Assembly (NCBI GenBank): GCA_049970895.1
Contig: JBMFMB010000019.1
Span: 1 to 21,071 of the forward strand
From: Candidatus Bathyarchaeia archaeon
Lineage (GTDB): Archaea; Thermoproteota; Bathyarchaeia; Bathyarchaeales; Bathycorpusculaceae
Reading direction: 5' to 3'
DNA: 21,071 nucleotides
Below are positions 1 through 7,859 of this stretch, in pieces. Made by a program: the position numbers and the translations under genes. The notes beneath the pieces were generated by a model that saw only the letters and a list, made by a program, of their open reading frames with translations, was not told where the DNA came from and did not search any database. The stretch's first letter is position 1; every line of letters begins with the position of its first letter.

Positions 1-77
1 AGCGTTTTCAATAAGCCTTCGCAAGGATTCTTGCCTTGCCTTCTCACACTCCGAAGTGTAGGCGGTTACCTCACCTC
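1..77. repeat. Exact 77-bp direct repeat of an internal ybjQ segment (second copy at 6357-6433)
   Basis: 1-77 (agcgttttca...tcacctc) is identical to 6357-6433; the copies diverge at 78 (g) vs 6434 (c). The left end is the window edge. Confidence 0.95.
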
Positions 78-90
78 GGCCACTTTTTTG

Positions 91-110
91 GTGACTTCGG
101 TTACTTTTTA
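91..110 (+). terminator. Terminator-like cUUCGg hairpin followed by a T-tract
   Basis: GTGAC-TTCG-GTTAC (91-104) then TTTTTT (105-110); another T6 run lies at 84-89. Confidence 0.35.
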
Positions 111-122
111 CGTTTGCCTTGC

Positions 123-251
123 TCATTTCCTTTTCCTTAGGAAGACTAATCCGTCTTTTTGGCATACGTAGTCGAAGCCTACTTCCAGAAGTGTTTTAAT
201 TTCTTCGTCTGTCTCCCATTCCAATTTAAATTCGTCTCCGCGTGGCATCAT
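123..251 (-). pseudogene. C-terminal remnant of an archaeal tyrosine integrase (42-aa mini-ORF)
   Basis: Translates MMPRGDEFKLEWETDEEIKTLLEVGFDYVCQKDGLVFLRKRK*. The EEIxxLLExGF(D/E)YVCxxDGxxFxRKRK tail resembles the C-terminus of Bathyarchaeia-type integrases (recalled). No catalytic domain upstream. Confidence 0.6.
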
Positions 252-491
252 CGCTTTTCACTTCACCAAGTTCTATTATTTTTAGTGTACTTAATTTTTG
301 CCAGAAGAGATAAAGCTTCACGGAAAAATGGCTGTGGCCTATTCAACATGAACTATGCTCTGCTGATAATATCATAACACGCGGAACGGAACAAGGTTCA
401 CGAAAAGAACTTAAGCAATAAGCCACCACTAAAACATATGCCGTGAGCTGACGTCATACTTCGGCTCTAGGCATGCATGAGGGGGAAACGA

Positions 492-1240
492 TTGAAGACC
501 ATCTTCACTCCCTTAGACACAATTCGATACGTTGCAGAGAAAAGAAAAGTTCCAATAGAAGCCCTAAGGATTCCAAAAAGATTGCTGATAATCTATTAGA
601 GGAGGACTTACGGAAGCGCAAACAATCTGATAAGCGGAAACTTTGTTGAATGGATTTACGGCGAATTTGCACCATTCTGTATTGGGCAGTATAATGATGT
701 GGAAATTGGTGTTGGACGCCACTGTATTAGCGCACCCGCTGCCACCATGATATTTGAGGAGGCAATTGCTTGTGGTGCAGCTAAGGTGTTTGAAGTTGGC
801 TTATCTGGAGGGTTACAGACGTTCCTAAAACCTGGCGACATGGTGGTTGTTACCAAGGCTATCCGAGATGAGGGGACCTCTTATCATTACCCTCCGCCAG
901 GAGTGAAAGTTGAATCTTCCACGAGACTAAGAGAGTTGCTAATTAAATGCTCAAATGAGGGGAAAATCAGGCATTTCGTTGGTCCCGTTTGGTCAACAGA
1001 CGGCGTATATAGAGAAACGCTTAACAAGTTCCGCCAATTTAGGGATGGGGCGTCTTAGCCGTTAACATGGAAACTTCAGCCATATTCGCCGTTGCTAAAT
1101 ATAGAGGCGTTGAGGTTGCCTCAGCGCAAATCATATTTTCTAACCGAAGATGGATGGTTACAAGCCTTCCATGAAAAATCTGTCAGAAGAACACCGAGAT
1201 TTTATTAAAGGCCGTGCTAGAAGCCCTTTCTAAAAGCTGA
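492..1240 (+). pseudogene. Nucleoside phosphorylase (PNP/UDP family) pseudogene
   Basis: TTG492 MKTIFTPLDTIRY..., in-frame TAG at 597-599, then GLSGGLQ, AIRDEGTSYHY, VWSTDGVYRET. After a frameshift at ~1047-1050 it continues VLAVNMETSAIFAVAKYRG, with further shifts before TGA 1238-1240. Confidence 0.85.
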
Positions 1241-1597
1241 AAATCATTAAATTCTAAAACCCTACACTAACGAAATGCAGTTACAAAATTTTGCCAAATT
1301 TCTTATCATTCAATCTTGTCTCCCCGCTTCCCCGTCTTCGGGACACTCCCAAATTCTGCTTCAGCTTCTTAGCGTCTTTCGGAATTGGCGCTTTAGGCCA
1401 ACATTATGTAAAAACGCGGCTATGAAATCATTAAGGAGACCACCAATAGAATGCATAATCAAAAAGAAAATTCCAGCTATATATTTTCGAGAAAAATGAA
1501 GTAACAATAAAGATTTTAGACGCTTTAAAGAAATTTAAAGTTGGGTGATAAGAATTAGCAGAGCAATATTAAATGCAATCCTTAACGAGATGCAGAT

Positions 1598-1794
1598 TTG
1601 TTAAACGAAATCGATAGAGAACAGCTTTACCATGAGCTGACAGCCTATTTTGGGCTAATAGGAGCAACAAACGAGTGCACAGCCTATGAAGCTACATGGA
1701 AAGATCCGTACAACCGCCACGAAATAGAAGAATTCATAAAAGCATGGCTAAAAGAAGACGTAAGAGTGTTGAGAAAATAGAAGGAGTTGTATAG
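1598..1794 (+). pseudogene. Small hypothetical protein, probably frameshifted near its 3' end
   Basis: ORF 1598-1780. Adding one A at 1750-1753 gives ...AWLKRRRKSVEKIEGVV ending at TAG 1792-1794, directly abutting ATG 1795, which has AAGGAG upstream. Confidence 0.45.
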
Positions 1795-2054
1795 ATGGTT
1801 AAAGTTATTCCGCTCCAGGGCTTTTATCGCATATAAGAAAGAGTATCATTGAAGGCATTCCGCTGAAAGATCTGACAATTAAAGATAGTCCTTAAACGAA
1901 TTTGTTTAACGTTATTATGCCTCGGCGAAGGTTTACATTATGGGATTTTAAGGAAGCGTTTAAGGGTTTATGGTGTAAAACAAAACCAGAAGATTATGTA
2001 TTATTTTATCATGCTGGTATGTTTCCATACATTAGCAAAATCTCGTTTTCATAA
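1795..2054 (+). pseudogene. Disrupted hypothetical gene
   Basis: SD-preceded ATG1795 (MVKVIPLQG), then a frameshift to HIRKSIIEGIPLKDLTIKDSP*TNLFNVIMPRRRFTLWDFKEAFKGLWCKTKPEDYVLFYHAGMFPYI. Family not recognised. Confidence 0.3.
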
Positions 2055-2149
2055 GCCGAAAAGCGTGGGGGGTAAATGAAAAGGATATGGGTAGGTTTAG
2101 AATGCCAAATAAGAAGTGCATCGTGAAGATAGGTGAAACGGTCATCCGG

Positions 2150-2307
2150 ATAAAGAATCTGTGCGAAGTTAAAACTCAGGAGCTTGCAAGGCTTAAGGGC
2201 TTAGCCAACGGCGTCTTCCTCGTCTCTTCATAGACCACCTTATGGCGCTTGGGCTTTCCTGCGGGATGGTTGCGGAGTACGCGAACCACTTGTGCTCATT
2301 GATGAGA
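2150..2307 (+). pseudogene. N-terminal (SAM-like domain) remnant of a tyrosine integrase/recombinase
   Basis: ELARLKGLANG, frameshift, RLFIDHLMALGLSCGMVAEYANHLCSLMR. Resembles the FxDHLxALGLSxxRVxKYAxHL N-terminus of archaeal integrases (recalled). Confidence 0.45.
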
Positions 2308-2440
2308 AACAAAAACAGCAATAGAAAATGGAAACGCTTGAAGACCTCGCAAAAATAGCAGAAATCCTTGCAAAACCAATACTCCACAACAACAGGCAAA
2401 GAACACACCTTCTACATAATAGACTACAACACGAAATAGC

Positions 2441-2787
2441 CTCGAAGTCGGAAACCTCGTCAACGTTTAAGGAGTCCCAGCGTCAGAAATAAAAGAAGGA
2501 GACATAATCGTTTTCAACAGGTCAGGCGAAAAACCTACAATCCACAGAGTAACCACAATAGAAACCTTAGCAAACGGAACAATCAAATTCAAAACTGAAG
2601 AGACGCAAACCCAACCGAAGACCCATGGACAATAACACATCATAACATACATGGAAAACTCCTATACCGAATACCATACATAGGATACATGGCGCTCTCA
2701 CCAGCAATACCCATAACCACAGCCATACTCATAATAATCATAATACTACTTTGGCCAGGAAAAACCAAAAGATTCCGCCACAAATAA
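2441..2787 (+). pseudogene. Signal peptidase I (S26B/SEC11-type) remnant
   Basis: LEVGNLVNV*GVPASEIKEGDIIVF...PTIHRV...KFKTE, frameshift at ~2600, DANPTEDPW...IHGKLLYRIPYIGY plus a TM tail to TAA 2785-2787. The catalytic-Ser N-terminus is missing; TAA at 2468-2470. Confidence 0.8.
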
Positions 2788-2824
2788 GGAGAACCTCGCG
2801 CCCATTAAAACAGGTGGCCAAATT

Positions 2825-2872
2825 ATGTCGGAGCTTAGGGTCGATGTGTCCGATTTGAAGGGTGAAGGCAGT
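2825..2872 (+). pseudogene. Possible 5' fragment of a ribosomal protein L22e-like gene
   Basis: AGGTGG upstream, then ATG MSELRVDVSDLKGEGS followed by unrelated sequence. Resembles the N-terminus of Bathyarchaeia L22e homologs (recalled; only 16 aa). Confidence 0.35.
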
Positions 2873-2936
2873 TCACCACTTCGGCGGGAAGCCTTATAAA
2901 AAGGCAGAGAGCTGCTTCATTAGGGATGAGAGAATT

Positions 2937-3321
2937 ATGGCCAGCCTTGAAAGGGTTAAACTCATCGAGCGCTTACTCAGCGAAGCCAACGGTTATCTGG
3001 AGAAAGGCGACGCTGTCTAGTCGTCTGAGAAGCTCTACAAGGCAGCTGAGGAGTGCATAAAAACCCTTGCAGAGCGCCTAACAGAGCGCCTAAAACTAAA
3101 AGAGGTTAAGGAGGCCGAAGAGAAAGGCCGATGGACAGTGACGCTTTTCGAAAAAGCCGTTGGAAAACTCGCAGACAAATTAGGCATGGACGTGGAAATC
3201 GGATGGGACGCAGCAAACTACCTCCATATGGGGGTTCCATGAAACAAAGCTTGACGCGGAAGACGTTAAGAGAAGACTGCCCATAATAATAGGACTTAAA
3301 GAGCTGGCACAGAAAACCTAA
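2937..3321 (+). pseudogene. PaREP1 family (HEPN-like) pseudogene
   Basis: LEKGDAV*SSEKLYKAAEECIK...GRWTVTLFEKAV...GWDAANYLH, frameshift, GFHETKLD. TAG 3018-3020 replaces the usual Gln; in-frame 12-bp tandem duplication at 3070-3093. Confidence 0.85.
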
Positions 3322-3711
3322 GCCAAAATGCAAAATGGTGGACCACACCTCGTTTCGCCACTAAACCAGAACATACTTAATATCAGAATATGCTTTTTAT
3401 TAAAGGGTCACGTTGAAATGCCGAGAAATTAAGCCTTTTTCAGCTGAAAATTGTTTATATCCGCCTTCTATTATTTTAGAGCCAAAAACGGAGTTAGCGA
3501 GTTTGGAAGCTTTTCGGCTGACCGGGTTAGTGTTAGGCTTGGCATAAAACGAGGAGGGAGGGGGTAGGTCTGAAATGCCTGATTTTTAGTTTAAAATTTT
3601 ATATTAAAAAATTTGTAAAAAGAGGCGCAAAAATGTTTAAAAACGCTTTGTGAAAGCCTTAGATTGCACACCCACAACACAATTATAGCTGAAAACTTAA
3701 AGCCCACTTAA

Positions 3712-3885
3712 ACCGCCAACAAAACTGAACCACTAGTTGGCTTCAAAAGCCCGCAAAGAATGTTTATAGTTGTGGTCTTACCTGCACCATTAGGACCAAG
3801 CAAGCCGAAAAGCGCGCCCTTAACACTTTAAGGCTAACATTATTCACGGCAACAATATTTTCCATTACAACGCAAATTCGCCCAT
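3712..3885 (-). pseudogene. ABC transporter ATP-binding protein, N-terminal remnant
   Basis: MGEFA / [13 protein letters not shown] / [32 protein letters not shown]. Walker A intact; frameshifted and truncated. Confidence 0.8.
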
Positions 3886-3960
3886 GACCAAGCATCCAAC
3901 ACCGCGCCATTACTTTGGACTAAAGCATACCTATAAAATTTTCACAAAGAAAGTTTTTGT

Positions 3961-4064
3961 TGGCGGGCCCGCCGGGAATTGAACCCGGGACCCCCGGGTT
4001 TCTTTAACCAAGCGTTTTATGGCTTTAAAAGCCCGGTGCTCTATCCTTACTGAGCTACGGGCCC
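3961..4064 (-). tRNA. tRNA-Lys(UUU) with a 26-nt intron at 37/38 (4000-4025) and encoded CCA
   Basis: GGGCCCG acceptor stem, GCTC/GAGC D-stem, CCGGG-CT-TTT-A[intron]A-CCCGG anticodon arm, TTCAATT T-loop, G-CCA end. Bulge-helix-bulge formed by CTTT/AAAG with two 3-nt bulges. Confidence 0.97.
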
Positions 4065-4135
4065 GTGTGTTTCGTTTTAGAGAATTTGGGAGGATGCTAT
4101 TTAGTATTTCGTTTAATCTTGATTTACTCTTCTCC

Positions 4136-4279
4136 GTCAAAGCATTAATGCGGGGGTATAACTGTAATTTTGAAGAAGCCTATATGTTTGCAAGCCTCGT
4201 CGTCGACTTCAAAATTAATCAGGTTGTAGACCTAAAAAGGGGGGTCATGGTAACGATTCCAAAAGAATTTGTTTCACTC
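4136..4279 (+). pseudogene. Acetamidase/formamidase family C-terminal remnant
   Basis: VKALMRGYNCNFEEAYMFASLVVDFKINQVVDLKRGVMVTIPKEF matches the EAYMxxSxxxDxxIxQVVDxxxGVxxxIPK C-terminal motif. The upstream part of the ORF is just antisense tRNA. Confidence 0.7.
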
Positions 4280-4481
4280 AGGGATCACGTAGCAGATTTG
4301 AGAACAGACATGTTAAAATTTCAAGGTTGTAGTATCTTTGATGAATTTTAAGCTGAAATTTTCATGTTTATTTTTCATTTATTTTTGTTGAAAAAGGCTT
4401 ATTCTAACAGTTAGCGATATCTCTACATATTAAAAAACGTTATTTTCTTGCATTGCCTCTTTTAGGGCTGGTGTTTGGGAA

Positions 4482-5048
4482 GTGTTCTCGTGGAAGCGTT
4501 CCTTTGAGAGGTTAAACAGCGAATATGAAACTGTTGTGAAAAAGAGGCAGGCTTTGAACAGTTTACTTGAAAGCGGAAGGATATCGCGGCCAACATATGA
4601 GCTTTTTGAGAGTGAGATGAACGAGGCCATAGCCGAGATTGAGAGGCAGAGGAAGGCTTTGTTGGATAAGATGGCTGTTAAGGCGAGGGAGCTTGAGGAG
4701 CAGATTAAGACTTTGGAGAAGTTGCTGGCGAATTTTGAGATTCAGCATGTTGGCGGCGAAATAGATGAAGACGTTTACCAAAGGGAAATGCCCCTCCTCT
4801 CTATGGGACTTGAAAGCACAAGGCAAGAGTTAAACATTATCAAGGAAATCATAGAGAAGCTCACAAGCCCACAGGTGGCTGAAAGCCCACCACAACAAAA
4901 AATGGAACAAAAACCCGCCGAAAGCGGCGGCGAAACAGGTAATCTTGAAGTGGCTGTTGTGGAGCTCACCCAAAAAGTTGAAGCTGAGGGCACAAGCGAG
5001 AACTTGCAGCAAACCCGAGGGGAGGCAGAACCTAAAAGCGAAGCATAG
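4482..5048 (+). CDS. CdvA-like coiled-coil protein
   Basis: KRQALNSLLESGRISRPTYE...LANFEIQHVGGEIDEDVY pattern of the CdvA helical domain; no N-terminal PRC barrel; acidic low-complexity tail. Confidence 0.75.
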   Translation: MFSWKRSFERLNSEYETVVKKRQALNSLLESGRISRPTYELFESEMNEAIAEIERQRKALLDKMAVKARELEEQIKTLEKLLANFEIQHVGGEIDEDVYQREMPLLSMGLESTRQELNIIKEIIEKLTSPQVAESPPQQKMEQKPAESGGETGNLEVAVVELTQKVEAEGTSENLQQTRGEAEPKSEA

Positions 5049-5137
5049 TCTAGACCCCCTCCCTTTCTTTTTAGGTCTCGCAATTTAAAGGGCAAGAGAA
5101 TTTTATATTTAAACAGCCCCCATCTTATTTTCGAGGC

Positions 5138-6220
5138 TTGCACTTGCAGAATGAGAATGTTTTGATGACCTTCCATGAAAAGTTTAAACAGTACGACCTT
5201 GGCGAGGGACACCCATTCAGGGGAGACAGATTCATAAATGCCATGAACTTCTTCAAAGAGCAAAGCCTACTCAGCCTACCACAGCTTAAAATAGTGGAGC
5301 CAAATCCAGCCTCAAAGGAAGACCTTTTGAGGGTTCACAGCAGGGACTACGTGAACCTAATTTTTCGGTTAGCGGAGGAAAGCAGACCCTACGACATTGA
5401 GACCCCGGTTTCTCCCACAATTCTTGAGGCTGCCCTGCTTATTGTTGGCGGCGCAATTGAGTGCGGAAGAGCAGTTTTCAGCGGAAAAGCGAAGCGTGCC
5501 ATATCTCTTGGCGGCGGCTACCACCACGCCGGGAGAGACTATGGTGGTGGTTTCTGCCTCTTCAACGACATAGCTGTCTTGGTTGAGTTTTTAAGGGCTG
5601 AAAAAGGCGTTAAGCGCTTTCTCATATTGGACTATGATGTCCATTTTGGAAATGGGACAAGCGACATCTACTATGCAGACCCAAGCGTTCTCTTCATTTC
5701 TTTGCATCAAGACCCAAGAACAATCTATCCCGGAAAAGGTTTCACTTGGGAAATAGGTGAGGGCGAAGGGGAAGGCTACAACGTTAATGTGCCACTACCG
5801 CCCGGAACTGGCGACGAAACGTACTTGCACGCTGTTAGGGAGATTTTTGTGCCCCTAGCCGAGGAGTTTAAACCCGAAATAATAATTGCTAATGGTGGTA
5901 GCGACTCCCACTTTGCGGATATGCTGGGCGACCTAAGCCTAACAGCCAGCGGCTTCTTTAGGCTTTCATGCCTAATTAGGGAGACAGCCCAAAAAGTATG
6001 CGACGGAAGACTTGTTTTGTTGCCGGGGAGTGGCTACAATCCAAAAGTTTTGCCCATATGCTGGTACGCCATCGTCGCTGGTGTGGTGGGCTTGGAGCGA
6101 ATCAATGTTAAGGAGCCTTACAATCCACCTGTTGAGCCTCCCTTTGTTAGGAAGAGGGTTGAAAGTGTAATTGACGAGTTGAAAGGCTTGCTGAAGAGAA
6201 AGTGGAAGTGCTTTAGGTAA
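5138..6220 (+). CDS. Zn-dependent histone deacetylase family protein (AcuC/HDAC-like)
   Basis: GHP, GGGYHHA, GFCLFND, DYDVHFGNGT, SLHQ, YPGKG, NVPLPPG, GSDSH and GSGY motifs. Confidence 0.93.
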   Translation: MHLQNENVLMTFHEKFKQYDLGEGHPFRGDRFINAMNFFKEQSLLSLPQLKIVEPNPASKEDLLRVHSRDYVNLIFRLAEESRPYDIETPVSPTILEAALLIVGGAIECGRAVFSGKAKRAISLGGGYHHAGRDYGGGFCLFNDIAVLVEFLRAEKGVKRFLILDYDVHFGNGTSDIYYADPSVLFISLHQDPRTIYPGKGFTWEIGEGEGEGYNVNVPLPPGTGDETYLHAVREIFVPLAEEFKPEIIIANGGSDSHFADMLGDLSLTASGFFRLSCLIRETAQKVCDGRLVLLPGSGYNPKVLPICWYAIVAGVVGLERINVKEPYNPPVEPPFVRKRVESVIDELKGLLKRKWKCFR

Positions 6221-6227
6221 AATTGCT

Positions 6228-6572
6228 TTACTCTTTCTTTTCCGCGGGTTTCACTATTACGGCTGTTCCATAGGCGGCGAAGACTGTGGCGGTTCCTTGA
6301 AGAATGTCGCTTGTTTCAAAATCTGCGCCTATAACGGCGTTTGCTCCCATCTTTCTAGCGTTTTCAATAAGCCTTCGCAAGGATTCTTGCCTTGCCTTCT
6401 CACACTCCGAAGTGTAGGCGGTTACCTCACCTCCAAAAATCCCTTCGATGCTGGCGACAATTTTTCCGCCAACACCCCTCGTCCTAACGGTTATCCCATG
6501 AACTGAACCCAAAACCTTGACTATCTCGTATCCGGGCAAGTCTGGTGTTGTAACCACCATTACTTCGCTCAT
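6228..6572 (-). CDS. YbjQ/UPF0145 family putative heavy-metal-binding protein
   Basis: TTPDLPGYEI, GGEVTAYT, ARKMGANAVIG and AYGTAV motifs. Confidence 0.92.
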   Translation of the reverse strand: MSEVMVVTTPDLPGYEIVKVLGSVHGITVRTRGVGGKIVASIEGIFGGEVTAYTSECEKARQESLRRLIENARKMGANAVIGADFETSDILQGTATVFAAYGTAVIVKPAEKKE

Positions 6573-6642
6573 TATGGCACCGTGAGAGCTTATAGGTTAG
6601 TGGCCAATTAAATTATCGCACAAGCATTTCGAGGGCTTAAAT

Positions 6643-7779
6643 TTGGAGAATATTAATGCAATTCGCGAGCTTTTCCCCATTGTTAAGAACAAAATTTTCT
6701 TAAATCATGCTTCCCAGTCTCCCCTTCCAAAGCCTGTTGCCGACGCCGTTAAAAGATGTGTGGAAGAATTTTCCATGTTTGGGAATGTTTCCACTTCAGA
6801 ATGGGATGACTGCGGGAAGGCTTTGTTTGCAAGGCTGATAGGCGCAAAGACTGATGAGATAGCCCTTGTTGAAAACACTTCTGTTGGCTTGAATATAGTT
6901 GCAAATGTGCTTGAATATCCGCCAGAAGCGAAGGTTGTGACAACGGATTTAGAGTATCCATCGGTGGTTTATCCGTGGCTTAAAAGAAGACTAGGCGTAA
7001 AAATCCACTATGTTAAAAACGTCGGCGGGAAGGTTCAGATTGAAGACTTTGAAAAGGCTGTGGATGATAAGACTGTTGCCGTTGCAGTAAGCCACGTCGA
7101 GTATGCCAATGGCTTTCGAAACGATTTGAAGGCTTTAAGCCAAATAGTCCACGAACACGGCGCATACCTAATCATTGACGCCATACAGTCGGCGGGCGTA
7201 ATACCAATAGACGTTAAACGCGACGGCATAGACTTCCTAACAGCAGCATGTTACAAGTGGCTCTTAAGCCCGCCTGGAGCAGCCTACCTCTACGTGCGGG
7301 AAGACCTAATCGAAAATTTTGAACCGCCATACGTCGGGTGGGCAAGCGTTAAACAAGAAATTTTTAAAACTGTGGATTTTTGGGACATTTGGAGTTTGAG
7401 GCTTTCAGAAACAGCAAGCCGCTTTGAGGTGGGCACTCCAAGCTTCTTAAGCTTTGTTGGCGCGGCTGAAGCCATGAAAATGCTATTAGGCTTTGGAATT
7501 GAAAGCATTGAAAAGCGCGTTTTGAAGCTCACCGACCACTTAATAGAGGCTGTTAAGGCTTTAGGCTTGGAGCTTCAAACACCAGAGGAACCGCAGTATC
7601 GCTCTGGAATTGTCAACTTTAAAGTGGGAAAGCCAAAAGAAATGGTGGACAACTTAAAATGCAATAACATAATTGTTTCTGCAAGAGCAAACGGGATAAG
7701 GGTTTCACCCCACTTCTACAACACAGAGGAAGAAATAGACAAACTTGTAAATGAAATTAAAAAGGTGCAACAAGGTTAA
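6643..7779 (+). CDS. Aminotransferase class V PLP-dependent enzyme (C-S lyase-like)
   Basis: FLNHASQSP, ENTSVG, DLEYPS, DAIQSAG, PLP-Lys in CYKWLLSP, RFEVGT, IRVSPHFYN. No SSGSAC/RxGHHCA desulfurase Cys loop. Confidence 0.9.
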   Translation: MENINAIRELFPIVKNKIFLNHASQSPLPKPVADAVKRCVEEFSMFGNVSTSEWDDCGKALFARLIGAKTDEIALVENTSVGLNIVANVLEYPPEAKVVTTDLEYPSVVYPWLKRRLGVKIHYVKNVGGKVQIEDFEKAVDDKTVAVAVSHVEYANGFRNDLKALSQIVHEHGAYLIIDAIQSAGVIPIDVKRDGIDFLTAACYKWLLSPPGAAYLYVREDLIENFEPPYVGWASVKQEIFKTVDFWDIWSLRLSETASRFEVGTPSFLSFVGAAEAMKMLLGFGIESIEKRVLKLTDHLIEAVKALGLELQTPEEPQYRSGIVNFKVGKPKEMVDNLKCNNIIVSARANGIRVSPHFYNTEEEIDKLVNEIKKVQQG

Positions 7780-7859
7780 AGCATCATTTTGACAAAAACT
7801 AAAGGGGTATCCAATTTTGCAGATACCGCCACCAACAAAAATTGAAATCGATGTGCGCT

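Noticed and set aside
73-110. CRISPR array or iteron set
   Set aside because: Only two imperfect units with no spacers; no array or cas genes seen anywhere in the window.
1275-1499. 74-aa ORF, and 159-377, as genes
   Set aside because: No motifs or ribosome-binding site; 159-377 is antisense to the integrase remnant.
597-3020. In-frame TAG codons (597, 3018) as pyrrolysine or amber recoding
   Set aside because: Both genes also have frameshifts, a parallel TAA occurs at 2468, the stops fit C-to-T changes at Gln codons, and intact genes here use TAG as a normal stop.
3335-3343. TGGTGGACC as the reverse complement of a tRNA-Ala 3' end (att site)
   Set aside because: Only 9 nt, and the adjacent sequence does not continue into a T-arm.
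4019-4351. 110-aa ORF, and the 3931-4140 minus-strand ORF, as real genes
   Set aside because: Both overlap the tRNA; only 4136-4279 is protein-like (acetamidase remnant).
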